Shown: positions 14,701-28,600 of the stretch, one piece after another
Position numbering within the stretch: the first letter of the stretch is position 1
Layout: every line of letters starts with the position of its first letter
DNA from: Octopus vulgaris
Taxonomy: Eukaryota
Reading direction: 5' to 3'
DNA: 64,000 nt
Assembly: GCA_951406725.2 (NCBI GenBank)
Contig: OX597814.1
Coordinates: 159,030,001 to 159,094,000, forward strand
Program-made: the position numbers and the translations under genes
The notes under the pieces: generated by a model
Told to the model about the DNA's origin: nothing
The model's database searches: none
The model's input: the letters and a program-made list of their open reading frames with translations, nothing else

Positions 14701-15300
14701 TATTATTCTCTTTCTACAAGTACATTTGAAGACTTCTCGAAGGAAACTCAGCGATAAGCAGAAGCAACAAATCACGAAAATTATCTCTCACTCACCAACT
14801 GTAGATTCCACTTCAGTACGTGTTTCTAGAGAAAGGCAAACGTAAATATATTCCCTCAACAGACGGTGGACATCACACAGAATATATGAGTGACAGGCAT
14901 TAAATTTATTCAACTCGTGTAGAATATTTCAAATGATAAATTTACGAAAACCTCTTGTCACAGTTTACTAAAATGTTAAATGTTTACATGTATAAGATAT
15001 TAGCTGCGTAATCGAAAAAAATTCGCTTTCATTTTACTAAACAATTATCGCAGAAATATTTGTTACATCTAGTTTGTTGATACACATCGCGAGATAAAAT
15101 CCTTCAATAGCTTACCTGTACGAGTTACTTTTTCCGTTACGACTTCTGTGAAATTAACGAAATAGGAAGTTAAATATTTCGAATGATTCTTTACAACAAA
15201 ATGCATAGTTATTTGGTGGTTATATTACCTAAGTACGGCTTTTATATATTTAGGATACAATATGTTAGTTTGCTTTCTTTCATGGGAGCTAATATATTTC

Positions 15301-15346
<46 letters not shown>

Positions 15347-15348
15347 AT

Positions 15349-15419
<71 letters not shown>

Positions 15420-18055
15420 GATCTCCACCGTGTGTATGTATACACAAAACTATCTACACATTTTTTTATTATATAAATGTGGGTTAATTCTTTTATGAAT
15501 CTTAAATTACAATTTTCATTGTAAATCAGGTCACCGTCATTGCATCAATTATCATATGACAATGGACGTGATGGAAAAATTTCTAGAAATTCATAATCAC
15601 CGACGTTATTAATTGACGTTTTATACTGTGGTCAAAATGAGAAACATGTGAGCAATTACAAGACAACTCCTCAAATGTTTACATCACATGCTTCTGCTGC
15701 AGCATATATGCTAAGAAATATTTCAGCTATCTTTAATCGTAATCTCCCTGGACTTTTCCCTATGATTTTTACATTTCAAATAATTTTTACTAACATAACA
15801 AATGCGACGAAATCATAAATTTATAAATATATCAAATTCGGCATGTAAATTAGTATATTAAACGAACACTTTGCATTTATTTGGAGTATAAATAGCCTCA
15901 TGTCTATTATTAGTATTTAAGCAAGTGTGCATTTTTATCTGTTTGTGTTTTTGTATGTTGTGTGTTTTAATATTTCCTTTTTAGCTTTACTTATGTGTAA
16001 CAATCATTTTGCAAAACATCACGCAAAGAATACATGTGTTGAACGGAAACGATATATTACAGGTGAAATTTATATAAATGCAAATCTTTCTCACATTACA
16101 AACAAATTAATTCCTCAAATACTTTACACGTGCATTGTTTTCATATTTCCATTGACGCTCTGACTCCTAATGTTACAGGATTTTTTTTTATTCAGACTGA
16201 GATGACGATAAGCAGAAAGGAAAAAAATACCCGTCACACCGAAGCAAAAAAACATTTGACATCAACAACCGCTAATTAGCAAACTTAATATTTGTCAGAC
16301 ATGCGGCTTTTAAGAGATTGTGACTTGACACATGAAAATAGCACAAAATATTCGTACAAATTCTGCATTATCAAGCGTCTTATTATGCATATCATTCTAT
16401 CGTTGGTATATTTTGGAAATGCCTATAATTCAGGACATTGTTAAGTCTTCTCCCTCCACTCCCTATATATATATATAAGTATATAAGGAGACGTGTATGA
16501 ACTGTCCTCTCTGTTTGCGCAGTCTTCATTATTGCTATATTATCGTAACATATTATTCTGTACAGTGTAACAATATCTATAATTTCAATGATACTACAAA
16601 TCAATGATGATCAATCATGAATGTATATCTAAAAATATATTTCAGCTAATACATCAATATTAATTTTACAGTGTCTTATCGTATCTTTCGTGCACCTTAA
16701 AATTCGAATTCGTGCAATTCTTTCAACATAAATTTTTCCTATCCCAGAGAAAATACACAAATTCTTATTCCCAGTGTTATTAAATCATGCCGTGCAATGT
16801 TCATATATTTTGAAAAGGGCTAACTATATTTCAGTTAACAGCTAATCAACCATTAATGACCTAATGACAGTTTAAACTCTATAAATTTTAGATGTATTTT
16901 CTAGCAAAACCATCGACAAATATCATTGTAGTGCAATAAGGTAAATATCATTAAAATAAATCTATTAGTCACTTTTATTATTATATCATTCAATATATGT
17001 TGTACCCAGTCACTAATTTAAAATGCTAAATTTGTATAGGACAAGCTTCCTTACATCATCAATAACGTAAAATGTCCATATTAAATTTAAACTTTTAACT
17101 AGATCCAGCAGTAGCAAGAAATCGTGAAATACTCTCTCACTCACTAAGCTTAGATTCCACTTCAGAACGTGTTTCTAGTGAAATTCAAGCGTAAATATAT
17201 ATCATCACTTACATCATACAGAACAGAGTGACAAACGGATTATATTTACATAGATGAGATTATTTGAGTGTGATTTTTTTCAATGTATTTAATTTCGAAA
17301 AATATTATCTGTAACACCAGCAGAATACAAGTTGAAAAATTATAGTTTTTAGAATTGAAAATGTTTCAAAAGAAAATGTAAAACGAGGAGATTTAAAAAT
17401 TTGGGATACATTTGCACTAAAGAAATATCGGGAAAAAGACAACTGATATACTTTTAGTCTTACTGAATGCACAGAAGAATTCATCTGTAGCTTATTTGTA
17501 CGAGCTGCACTGACCATAGAAGAGGGCTTCTAGGTAAGTTAATGTTTTTCATGCGTACCACATGGCCAACCCACCTCAGTTGCACTTTGATAAATAAACT
17601 ATGCCTGCATAATCACATCTTGCAAAAATCATCTGTTGAGAACTCGTCCTGTCATTTGGTGTTACACTTTATGTTTCTTATATTACAGTCACGGCAGGAA
17701 TTCAATGTCAGCCCTTCGCCTTCTGCAACATTTCAGCAGTTCATTTACCCGTTGCTCTCTCCCATTGCAGCTCATTTCCGGAATATACCCATTTACGTAC
17801 AATATCTCATTTACACTTCAGTTCATTTGACTGTCAACTATACGATTGGTCGTGTTAGACGCAGCGCTGTTCGCCTCAAAGGTGGCTTCAAAAATTACAT
17901 ATCCCCAGTCCCAATTTCCATGATACGTTAGGGACTAGAATCCGCCAAACAGACGGATTACATGCCGCTTAGTCGAATTAGACCATCATTTACTCCACAA
18001 ATGTTTTGTCATCAATGCTGCATTTTCCAGTATCACTTGTTTCAACATAGCTGTA

Positions 18056-18131
<76 letters not shown>

Positions 18132-21100
18132 GTATAAACTATAGCATTTTAATCCTGAGTAAAGCCTGGTATCTCTGCTAGTCATTAGTAATCTTATATA
18201 ACTGATGTTGCAAAGCTGCAAATGCAATAAAACTATTATTTTCTATAACAAACGAACGATAATACTTCTGATACTAACAACCGCTTATTAACAGATTAAG
18301 AATTCGTCAAAGATACTACGAGTGAATTGAAAGTGTAATACCCTGTGATAATAAGGCGGAAGTAAGTCAAAAGTTAGTATTGTCATTTTCTTCGAAACTA
18401 ACTTTCGTTAAAGTCGATGCTGTTTTAAATGTGTATGTTTGAAACTTGTAATGCATATTGCATTGGAACAATTTATCAGCGTGCACTTTATGACCTGATA
18501 GCTCATCACTTCTAGTCTGTGTAGTGTGCATCCATTTTATGTAAATCAGAATTTTATATCAGTCTTGTTGAACGCTTTTGTGGCTGTGTGTGTATGATTA
18601 TATGCAGTATTGTGTGCATGGAAGCATGTGGAAATATAATGGATGTAGGTTTTATGCATAAGCATTTTTGCATGACTTGGCATAGCTTGCTATACCCGAT
18701 AACTGACAATGAAGCCAAACATCGAAGCGAGTAGAAATTATTGCAAATTAAACTCACCCACGGTAGATTCAACTTCAGACGGTTTTTCTGAACAAATGTT
18801 AAAATATATTAGCTATAAGCAAGTTGTTCAACTATTCATGAATACACGTGATTCTATTCGATATATTTACATAAAAATATACAGTTTTATGTATTTAAAT
18901 TGTAATATTACCCAAGTAGAATGTTAAATGATCAAACTGACATTAACATATTAACAATACATCTTCTTAGAAATATTAAATGGAGCGTTTCAGATGTTAA
19001 AAACGATTACGTTTAATCAGAAAATTTTCGGAGTAATTCAGAAATATTTCCTAATTATATTTTCACATGAAAACCTTCGATATAATAAATATTGTAGAAT
19101 ATCTAGCGTTAAAATTAGTGGAGATTATATTGATATAGCAAATGCGCTTACCTATGCGAGATTCGGTTTCTTGAATAATTTCTGTGAAATTAACAAAGGA
19201 ATCAATTAACTATTGTTTTCATTATTTCGAGAAAAACCCCCAGCGAATCTTAAACTGTGTTGTACCAGATAATTTATGAATGAATCTACACGGAAATATA
19301 CATCAATATGTACGTTCACATGAATTTCTTAACACGGTTTTTATTATGGCAAGCATGTTGTAATATTTTATATTACATATTAGTTCATATTAAGGCAAAC
19401 TAACATTTTACTAATCATCCCAATATAAACAACAATTACTAAAATAAAAAGTAATTTTATTAGAATAATAATAATAATAATAACAGTTGCTCTATTTTAA
19501 GGAGTCGGTTTAGGAGACACTTACCAACTGTGGCTTCAACTTCAGAAGGTTCTTCTGAATGTGAATAAATAAAAATTATGCTATTAGATTTTTACACCTC
19601 ATAGAAATGAAAACAAAAATAAAAATATAGGAAGAGCACACTTCCAATATTTGCCTAAACTTCCATAGTTTTCGGGATATTATAGGATACAATGATCTGT
19701 CCTTATGCATTGTTATATTCACTGTTTTCAACTAAGTATGGAACATTAAGTATATATTCCAGTAACGTGTTTATGTATCCTATTCCAGGAATAGCAACAA
19801 ATTGATATAAATTGATTTTATGCTAGAAACAATTTTGAATTATTATTTATATTTTGAAATAATAGTTGTGCATTCACATTTTATAAAATTCATATGAATG
19901 AAAATTAAAAGAGTAATTTGGAAACAATTACAGAAACAGTTTCTAATAAAAGTTCATATTTATTCTAGTATTATCGAAAATATAACCTTGCTCACCTTTG
20001 GGACGCTCTTCCTGTGTTACAATATCTGTGAAATTTAATAAAGTGAAATTGCGATTTATAAATACAATTGCAATTGTACATCTATAAATTTGACTGCTAA
20101 AATCGCTATTCCTGCTAGTATTTGAATATAAATTTATAATATATTACTGTTTATAACTGTACGTATTGCTTTTGTAAGCAAGAATATTTCAAGCAACTTG
20201 ATTCAATATTATGTATGTTTTAAACATAGGCACATTGTATTTATATATAAAAAAAACATTGATATCTAATTAAATTGCATTGTGGTAAGTACTTTTATAG
20301 TTAAACGATCGACACATTTTAGTATATGTTCTTGCTAATTCAAAATACAAATGTTGTAAAGTACTAAAAAAAACAAATACACAATATACGAATTACGTGA
20401 CTAGAACCACCCTAATATAACACACAAAAACGACTAACGCTGTACGACATCCACAGCAACTTTTTCAGAATATTCGCGTTATATGATATTAGTCCAAAAT
20501 ATACGGTATCTGACAAAAGGTAATATATATTGTAAATTGTCTACGAAATAGTTCACTAGAAATGCTTATACGTGTTTTTATTCATAAGTTATCGCCTAAA
20601 CTTTACAAGATACTGTAAAACATCATTCACCAATCAAAGATTATATAAAATTCTTTGGAAAAGTATCCACACGAATGTTCAATACATTTATTCTCTCTCA
20701 ACAACGTAAGAACGACACAAAACTATACGCAGACAAGCAGAAACAAAGAATTATTGCAACAATCTCTCACTCACCAACTGTAGATTCCACTTCAGAACGT
20801 GTTTCTATAAAAAGGTGAACGTAAAAATATAAACCCATCAGTTTCATCATACAAACATTAAATATATAGTGGATCGAATAGTAATTTTAGTTTACTCTTA
20901 GAAATCATTTATTTCCGAAATACAATATTTTAAACTAGATGATTAAAGTATTATAAAAATGAAAGTAAAATTGAAAATACTTTCATAATGGGTGTACAAA
21001 TTTAGATGTATGAAATTTAGTATATTTCAAAACGAATATCGCAGAATTTTCTATTTATAGTCATGTTGATACATTCGCTATGAAACAATTCTGTAGTAAC

Positions 21101-21223
21101 TTACCTGTACGGGTTACTTTTTCTGTTACGACTTCTGTAGAATTAATGAAATAAATAAATGACTCAAGAGAAACGTATACGAATCTATAATTACGTAGTT
21201 TCTATTATATACATATATTTGTG

Positions 21224-21280
<57 letters not shown>

Positions 21281-24200
21281 GTGTGTGTGTATAGATATGT
21301 ATGTATATTTATGTGCATGTATATACATGTATAAATATATATACTCACCCAACAATATATATATGTATGTATGTATAGATACACATATATATACTTATAC
21401 GTATTATATATGTGAATTTATGTCTGTGTGTATGCATGTATGTATTTCTGTATGTATATGTGTATTTACGTTTGTATGTATGTGCGATTATAATTCACGT
21501 AAGTGCTCTTTATAAAGAAACGTTGACAAATATGCTTTAATGAACTAAAAAATGCTAATTAGATAGAGAAGCAAAACTAAGTCAGCAGCGTAATTTTCAG
21601 CGACACTCCAAATAACCGGGAAATATTTACAGGAATTAACCGCTGGTTTCTATTAAGATTGTATTTTCATGCTCAGAGAAAATTTGATCTCTTTCAGTAA
21701 GTGGTATGCACAGCTATGTTTCAGTATTTTTAGGACATTTAAGTTAGAATGACCAATTCACATCTTTGGTTACTTGACAAATGTTCTTCCATGTAGAAAT
21801 ATGTTACGAAAATGTTTATCCCTTATAATTTGCATAATCATAAAACGAGAGTAAAAACTTCTAACTCAACTGTACCAGGACAATATATTTAGAAATTTGC
21901 TAGCTATTGAATGACACATGCAAAACTTTTTATATTAAATTTTTTTTAATTGAAAAGGGAAAGCAAAAACTGAACGGTAATGTTTAGAGACTGAAAGTGG
22001 GTTTCTGCATTTATGATTGCATGAAATTTTAGTGTGTTTAATTCTGTTTGTGAGTGTGTCTTAGTGATTGTTGACAATTCTAAAGCAAATCGTGATTGGT
22101 GTCCCCTGTTCAATGAAAGGATTGAATCCTAATATTTAAATCGAAGTATATATTCATTCATTGCACTACAAATAATATCTTTCCTATCATTGATTAAAGA
22201 ATATTGATTTTACTTCATAATTCAGGAGAAAGCCTCTGCTCTATAATTTTGAACATACTTCAAAAATACACAGAAAATGAAATGAGGCAATAATAAGCTG
22301 TAGCAAACAAACAGACACCAACAAACAAAAGATATAAAATGGCAGGAGCAAAAGTGAGTGCAAAACGAACTGAAAAACAATGTAAACACATCTTTGAGAA
22401 AGACGTTGTTTGTAGGTGTTTTACTGCTTAATTCACATTGACTTTTTTCTATAAATAGCACATCTATTAAATGGCACATGCCTCTCTACTTTGAATGAAT
22501 ATTTGTCGCTACTGTGCGTGTATGTTAGTATTTCTGAGAATTTCATGTTTCAGATTTTGTGCTTAATCGCATGTGAGAAAGACGCTTGTATATGTACATA
22601 TATTTGTATGTGTTATGCGTTAGCTTTCAAGCCTATTATGTATTTGTGTACTACAAATATCTCACTATTTATTTGCTGTATCCCTCATATTGTCTGCAAA
22701 GCAAAGCACAGAAAGCCACTGGATTTATTGCAAATTAGACTCACCAACTGTAGATTCGACTTCAGAGGGTTTTTCTGATGAAAATTAAAATCAATTATTA
22801 ATTACCAGATTTTTCGATAATTTACTTGTTCATATTTAAGAAAATGATTACGTTTATATCATGAGCTTATGTATTTGTACTTTAACACATTCGTTAGATT
22901 GATATTTTCACTTTACATCTTCTTACTGAATTTAAGTGAAACATTTTGCTTCTGGTATTTACTCTTTTTAAAAATATTACTAATTAGATAGCCATTAAAA
23001 TAATTCAGAAACGGACAAAGTCAACATCCATTCACAAGGTTGCAAAAGCAACGAAACTTTTGGAAGAAAAAAATACAAATAACTCAGAAATATTTCATAA
23101 ATATATTTTCATAAATTTGCCAAACTCTATATTATTGATTAGAATATATGGACAGTAAAATATATACTCGAGAAGACTTAATATTCGTGGCCACTATGTT
23201 GTTAAAAATATATTTAGTGTTTCTTACTCTTATTTTTTGTATGATGTAATTGGTGAGGGTATATATTTACATTTGCCTTTCACTGGAAACAGCATCCGTA
23301 CACTTTTTCAAAATCATATGTTTACAAAGCAAATTTTCGGTTAAAGCAAAAGATGTTTTAAAAAGTGTAGATGGAATGGAAATTATTGTTTTATGAAAGA
23401 TATTCTAAGTAGGAAATATTACATTTGGCAAATGAATATTGCTAAAGAATTAAGGATTTGACTTCATTTTAATGTGTAGTGTGAGGAATAATTCTATACT
23501 AGCTTACCTGTATGAGTCACTTGCTCCGTTACGACCTCTGTGAAATTAATGAAACATATTTGTAAATATTTGAAAAGATACTTTGCATAACTACGTAGCG
23601 TTTATTAAAAAATATTTGTACATATAGTATTTTACATTATCATTTTCCAGGCATAATATATATAAATATATATATATATATATATCCATAAATATATAAA
23701 TACAAATCTGTAGCAGAGTCTATAATTGTGTTTGTACTCGTCTTTGATCCCATGCATGTATATATGCTTGGATGCTTCATTATAATTCACTCAGTGAGAA
23801 TATTTACGTATGTAAATATTGTGAGATGCCAATTGGTAACGCAGAACTGGCTCGTTTCAGCAGTTTTTAGCTAAACTCAACGGAAGTAGGAAATAATTTC
23901 AAGAAAAGAAGTTTCTCACAAAAGCTAAACGATAACTGCGCTCATCTTTCTGTCTTATTACACGCAGCAACTTGCGTGCTCCATCGTAACTGCCTCGCTG
24001 GTTATAGGTGAGACGACAAAAAATTCCACTGGTTGGTTCAATTGTCTGTGTTCCAACAGGATGGTAAAGATATTTTTGAACTGGTCATTCAGAACCTCAC
24101 TGATTATCCGCTATCTGTGAGTGAACCATCCTTCTGGAAGAAGGATCCTATTTTGCAGCGTACTGAGGCTGTTTCTTTGACATAATGAAAGAAAGCCTTT

Positions 24201-25647
24201 GGGTTTGATTTGATGTATTTTATAACCCATGATTCATTGTCTGCTTTCTCCTTCATATCGGATTATTACTCCATCAGTGTTGTCCTTAGGCGAAACCTTT
24301 CACTACTTTTGAGAGGTAGGTTGATGCAATTTGCAACCTTCGTCCATCTCATAACAGTCTTCCTCTCCCTTTGATTCTTGCTCCTTTTTTGTGTTGGCCT
24401 TGTGCTCTAGGACATATTTCTGGCATATGGTTTGCATAATAGACATAAAATATTCTAGTTTCATGCCAATGTCTGGTGTGGAGAAACACTTTGGCCAGTC
24501 CTGTCTGAGGATCTCCTTTTGGATCGATTTCCAGTCTTTTATGTGGAAGTTCAGGTTGGACAGATTTTGGGTGCTTCCTTTAGGCTGTATGTCTTTGGCT
24601 ACTTTTGGTCAATACACAGACAACTCTATTATGTTGGGATCCGAAACGAATGTCCGCGTCACTTTCACAGTATGAACAATGTCTATATATATAACAACAA
24701 CAACAACAACAACAACAATAATAATAATAATAATAATAATAATGATAATATATGTATATATGGGTACGGGACGTCACCAACTGTGTAAACAAGATGAAAT
24801 ACGAAGACAAACGTGTTAAGTACGTAAACAATGAGAGAAAATGGAAAACATGACAAGTAAACACAGAGAAACGACCCTTCGTCAGTTGTCGGCTGTCTAT
24901 CTACTCCTTATTTCGAGCATTCAGCGACAATATGAGTCTTCAAAGACATTTGCTCCCATAAATTCTAAAATAAAATTCAGGATTTATGGCGGGACAAAGT
25001 TGGGAACAAAAACAGGACAGTGGAGACATGAGGAAACCGAACGAAAACAATAATGGAAGATCGTTAGACCAAAATGAGAGGAAAATAGTAAACGTTGGGA
25101 GAAATAATTTCTTTTGAAAGAGAAAAGATAGAAGAGGTACTGAAAGTTAAGAAAATACAAATTCTCCAATCAGAGTATAATACATGAACAGAAAGCGCAA
25201 TGCCAAGTGAAAAACAATACCAACATATTTTCGCGACAGTCAGCATTATATAATGAAATCTGGTTTAATATGTTTCGTAAAATTCAGACAATCGTTATGA
25301 AGGATTAATGCATTTTCCTGTAGAACAAGGCTTGTTTCTCTGTAGAACATTGTTTGTTGTTATTGTGTGTGAATGCTTTCGTGTCCGGAATTTCGCATTT
25401 TGAATATGTCTGTGACTTTGTTCAGCTATGAAATACATTAATTATTTGCGTCATTGTACATCTCTTCCTGTATATCTGCTATAACCCACAGTTGACGGTG
25501 AAGCCAAACATTAAAAGCAACAGAAATTATTGCAAATAAAACTCACCAACAGCAGATTCAACTTCAGATGGTGTTTCTGAACAAAAATTGAAATAAACTG
25601 CGATAAGCATGTTACTTCACAAAAGCCTCATAAATTTATCTGTATAC

Positions 25648-25683
<36 letters not shown>

Positions 25684-28600
25684 TTATGAGTATTATAATA
25701 CATATTGCATTTGATATATAGAGTAAATGGAGCTATCTAAAATATGGTTTATATATAAGCACACCAAAGAAGGTTACAATCGACGTTTTTCTTCAGATAA
25801 TACGCAAAATATAAATTTTCGAGAAAATGATTGTAAATTCTGAACGGATCTATGTCATTATTTGACGTTGCTTAAGTATCAAAGATTTGATTTTGGTAGT
25901 GATTGCTATGAAATTTACGACGTAATCAATACCATATTGTTTACTGCAATGCATAAGCAGTATGATTATACAGTATGATCCAGATGGTCCTTTAGTATTT
26001 AAATACTATATAAAATTATGTTTAATTATGTTATGTTGTTATACATTTTTAATACTGCTTTTGTGTCTGAGTGTAACATTAGTCTAGTGCAATAATTATT
26101 GGTTCCCATGTGAAGGAGTTCTGAGCTGTTGTTTAATATGAGTATTTGTTGTTATTTCATTTACCAAGTCTAAATCTATATAACGAAGATTCTTAAGGAA
26201 GAGAACGTGTATGTCTAAGAAAAAAACCGCAATTATTAGTATCTTATGGATAGATACTCGTCAAAATTTTTCATTCTTAACTGCAACATTGTCAAACACA
26301 TTAACAGTTCTATTATTAACCCTGTACTGTATTCTTTGAATTGGGGATTGATCCCACCAAACGAGAGCTTGGACACGAGTAAGTTTACATAATTTCAGGC
26401 TGATCAAAAACTTTTCGAATTTAGTAATCGGAAACTGTGAAATATGTCGCAATGTTCATTCTTGCTCTTGGGTGCTAGATTTAATCTGCCAACCGCTTTA
26501 ACAACACAAACAATTGCTTACAACAGATTTAAATCACAACACAGTCGAATCCGTTGCAAAGATTTGGACCTAGTTTCAGATAACTTCCTATTTTCATCCC
26601 TAGTTCCCTAGTTCCGTAAAAAAGGGGAAAATAATAGGCACTTCTCGTTCATCCTTCAGTAAATTAGAAATATATATGTACATGAATGGACGTATGAATG
26701 TACATGTGTGTGTGTGTGTGTGTGTGGTAAACACTTTTCTTATATTCCCTCCTATTTAAATAATAGGATTTTTATTACTAGCACTACATTAAAAGAGGAA
26801 AGGGTGATCATTTCAAATTACACATTAAATGAGGACTTTTTCATTACAATTAAGAGGATAACAATAACCTTAGTAGAAACACAAAATTTGTCAAATATAA
26901 ATCAATATAGCAACAACGGAAGCAAGAAACAAGAGAACAATGTCGACAACAGTTCTTCAGAATAAGTATTACATACAAATAATATGATATAGCTATATAT
27001 ATGTAGAAACTTGTTGATCTTATATAGAATCTAATTTTTTATATGCACTGTTCATAAAGCTAATATACATTAGCTGTTGACAGTATAGTTAGTGCAATAG
27101 CTATGTAACATATCTGGCTTGTTTTAAAATTATATGAAGGGTATGCTACAAATGTTTAGAGGATATGGAGTAATGGCAACGTTAATCCTGTAACTTCCGT
27201 GTTCAAAAAAGTTTTAAAACTTTACAAATAATACGGAGCATTGCAGTAACAAATATATTAAGCTGACAAACGAAGAGACGTTATACATTGGCCATAATTA
27301 CATCGAGGAAGAAGAATAAAACAAAAGGATGTAATCATGTTCGTAAATAAGCATAATAATTATAAAACCATGTTGATTAATACACAGGAAGCGAAAATGT
27401 TGCCTACAAACCAGACCACTGGAATTAAGCGCACTAGAAGAGTAGAATTATCTCGCATTTGTAATTTGCAATGCATTGCATCATATTTATTAAGGATTAT
27501 GCACATTGATGAGCGTTTATGCGTGCATATTATAACAGGCAGATCTATATAATATAAATGCCTGAAATCATAAGTAATCCGCGTATTTAAATGCCTAAAT
27601 TTTACATATAGGATAGTGAAGTCAAACATAGAAAGCAACTGAGATTATTTCATATGCCACTCACCAAATGTGGATTCAACTTCAGATGGTTTTTCTGTGC
27701 GAAATTAAAATAATATTCATTAACTGTTATTGAAATATCATATAGGCACACGCACATACACGTTCACGCGCTCACATTTACACGCGTCGAAGACACACAT
27801 TCAATCTTTCTGAAATGCTATCTATATGAACATATGTAAATGCACATATATGTTGGTATATATGTATACCTATAAATACATGTTAAAGAAATCAAATTAA
27901 TGCAGCTGTGACAAAATTACAGATTTAATGCGAACAATGCATTATTTATACCATTATGTTAGAAAATGAGATACACACGAGCAAAAGAAAATTTTTGCCG
28001 CTGAAGTTGACGTGACTGTGAAAAGTATAGATGCATATAGCGCACTTTTTATGGAAGATTTGAATGATATTTCGAGAAAGTTGAGCAACCACATAGTGAA
28101 TAGCGCATTACTTAACGTTCGCGCGCTTGTGTGTGTGTGTGTCTGTGTCTGTGTCTGTCTGTCTGTGTTTTTGTGTGCGCGCGCTTGTATGCTTTGCTCA
28201 ATTAGGCGTATGGTTAGAGTTACTGGGCTAGGAGCAAGCATTATGTAACCCTAAATCCTAGTCGTATATAAATTTAAAACCGTATTCTCGTAATTAGAAA
28301 GTCAAATCTTCAAGCTTCAGTGAATAGGTCTTATTCTGTACAGCTTAAACAAATTACACACTCTGTCAACAATGAAAATATATCGAACCCACTTTATTAA
28401 TCGCAATATTTCCTACACTTATGACTACTTGTACATCATTGAATTATGAACAGTATATCTTGTAATTGATATTATAGAATATGCTCGAAATTTAAGTTCA
28501 CAATTTGTAATTACTACAATATATAATCAAGTAAAAATTAAATAGAAGTTATTTAAGAAATCCTGTCAGAATTTGGAGTATCTAGTGAAAATATTGCTTA

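Noticed and set aside
24772-24800. gtcaccaactgtg as another A-type exon
   Set aside because: No acceptor at 24 or 30 nt, no peptide similarity beyond a few bases, and it lies inside an interspersed repeat.
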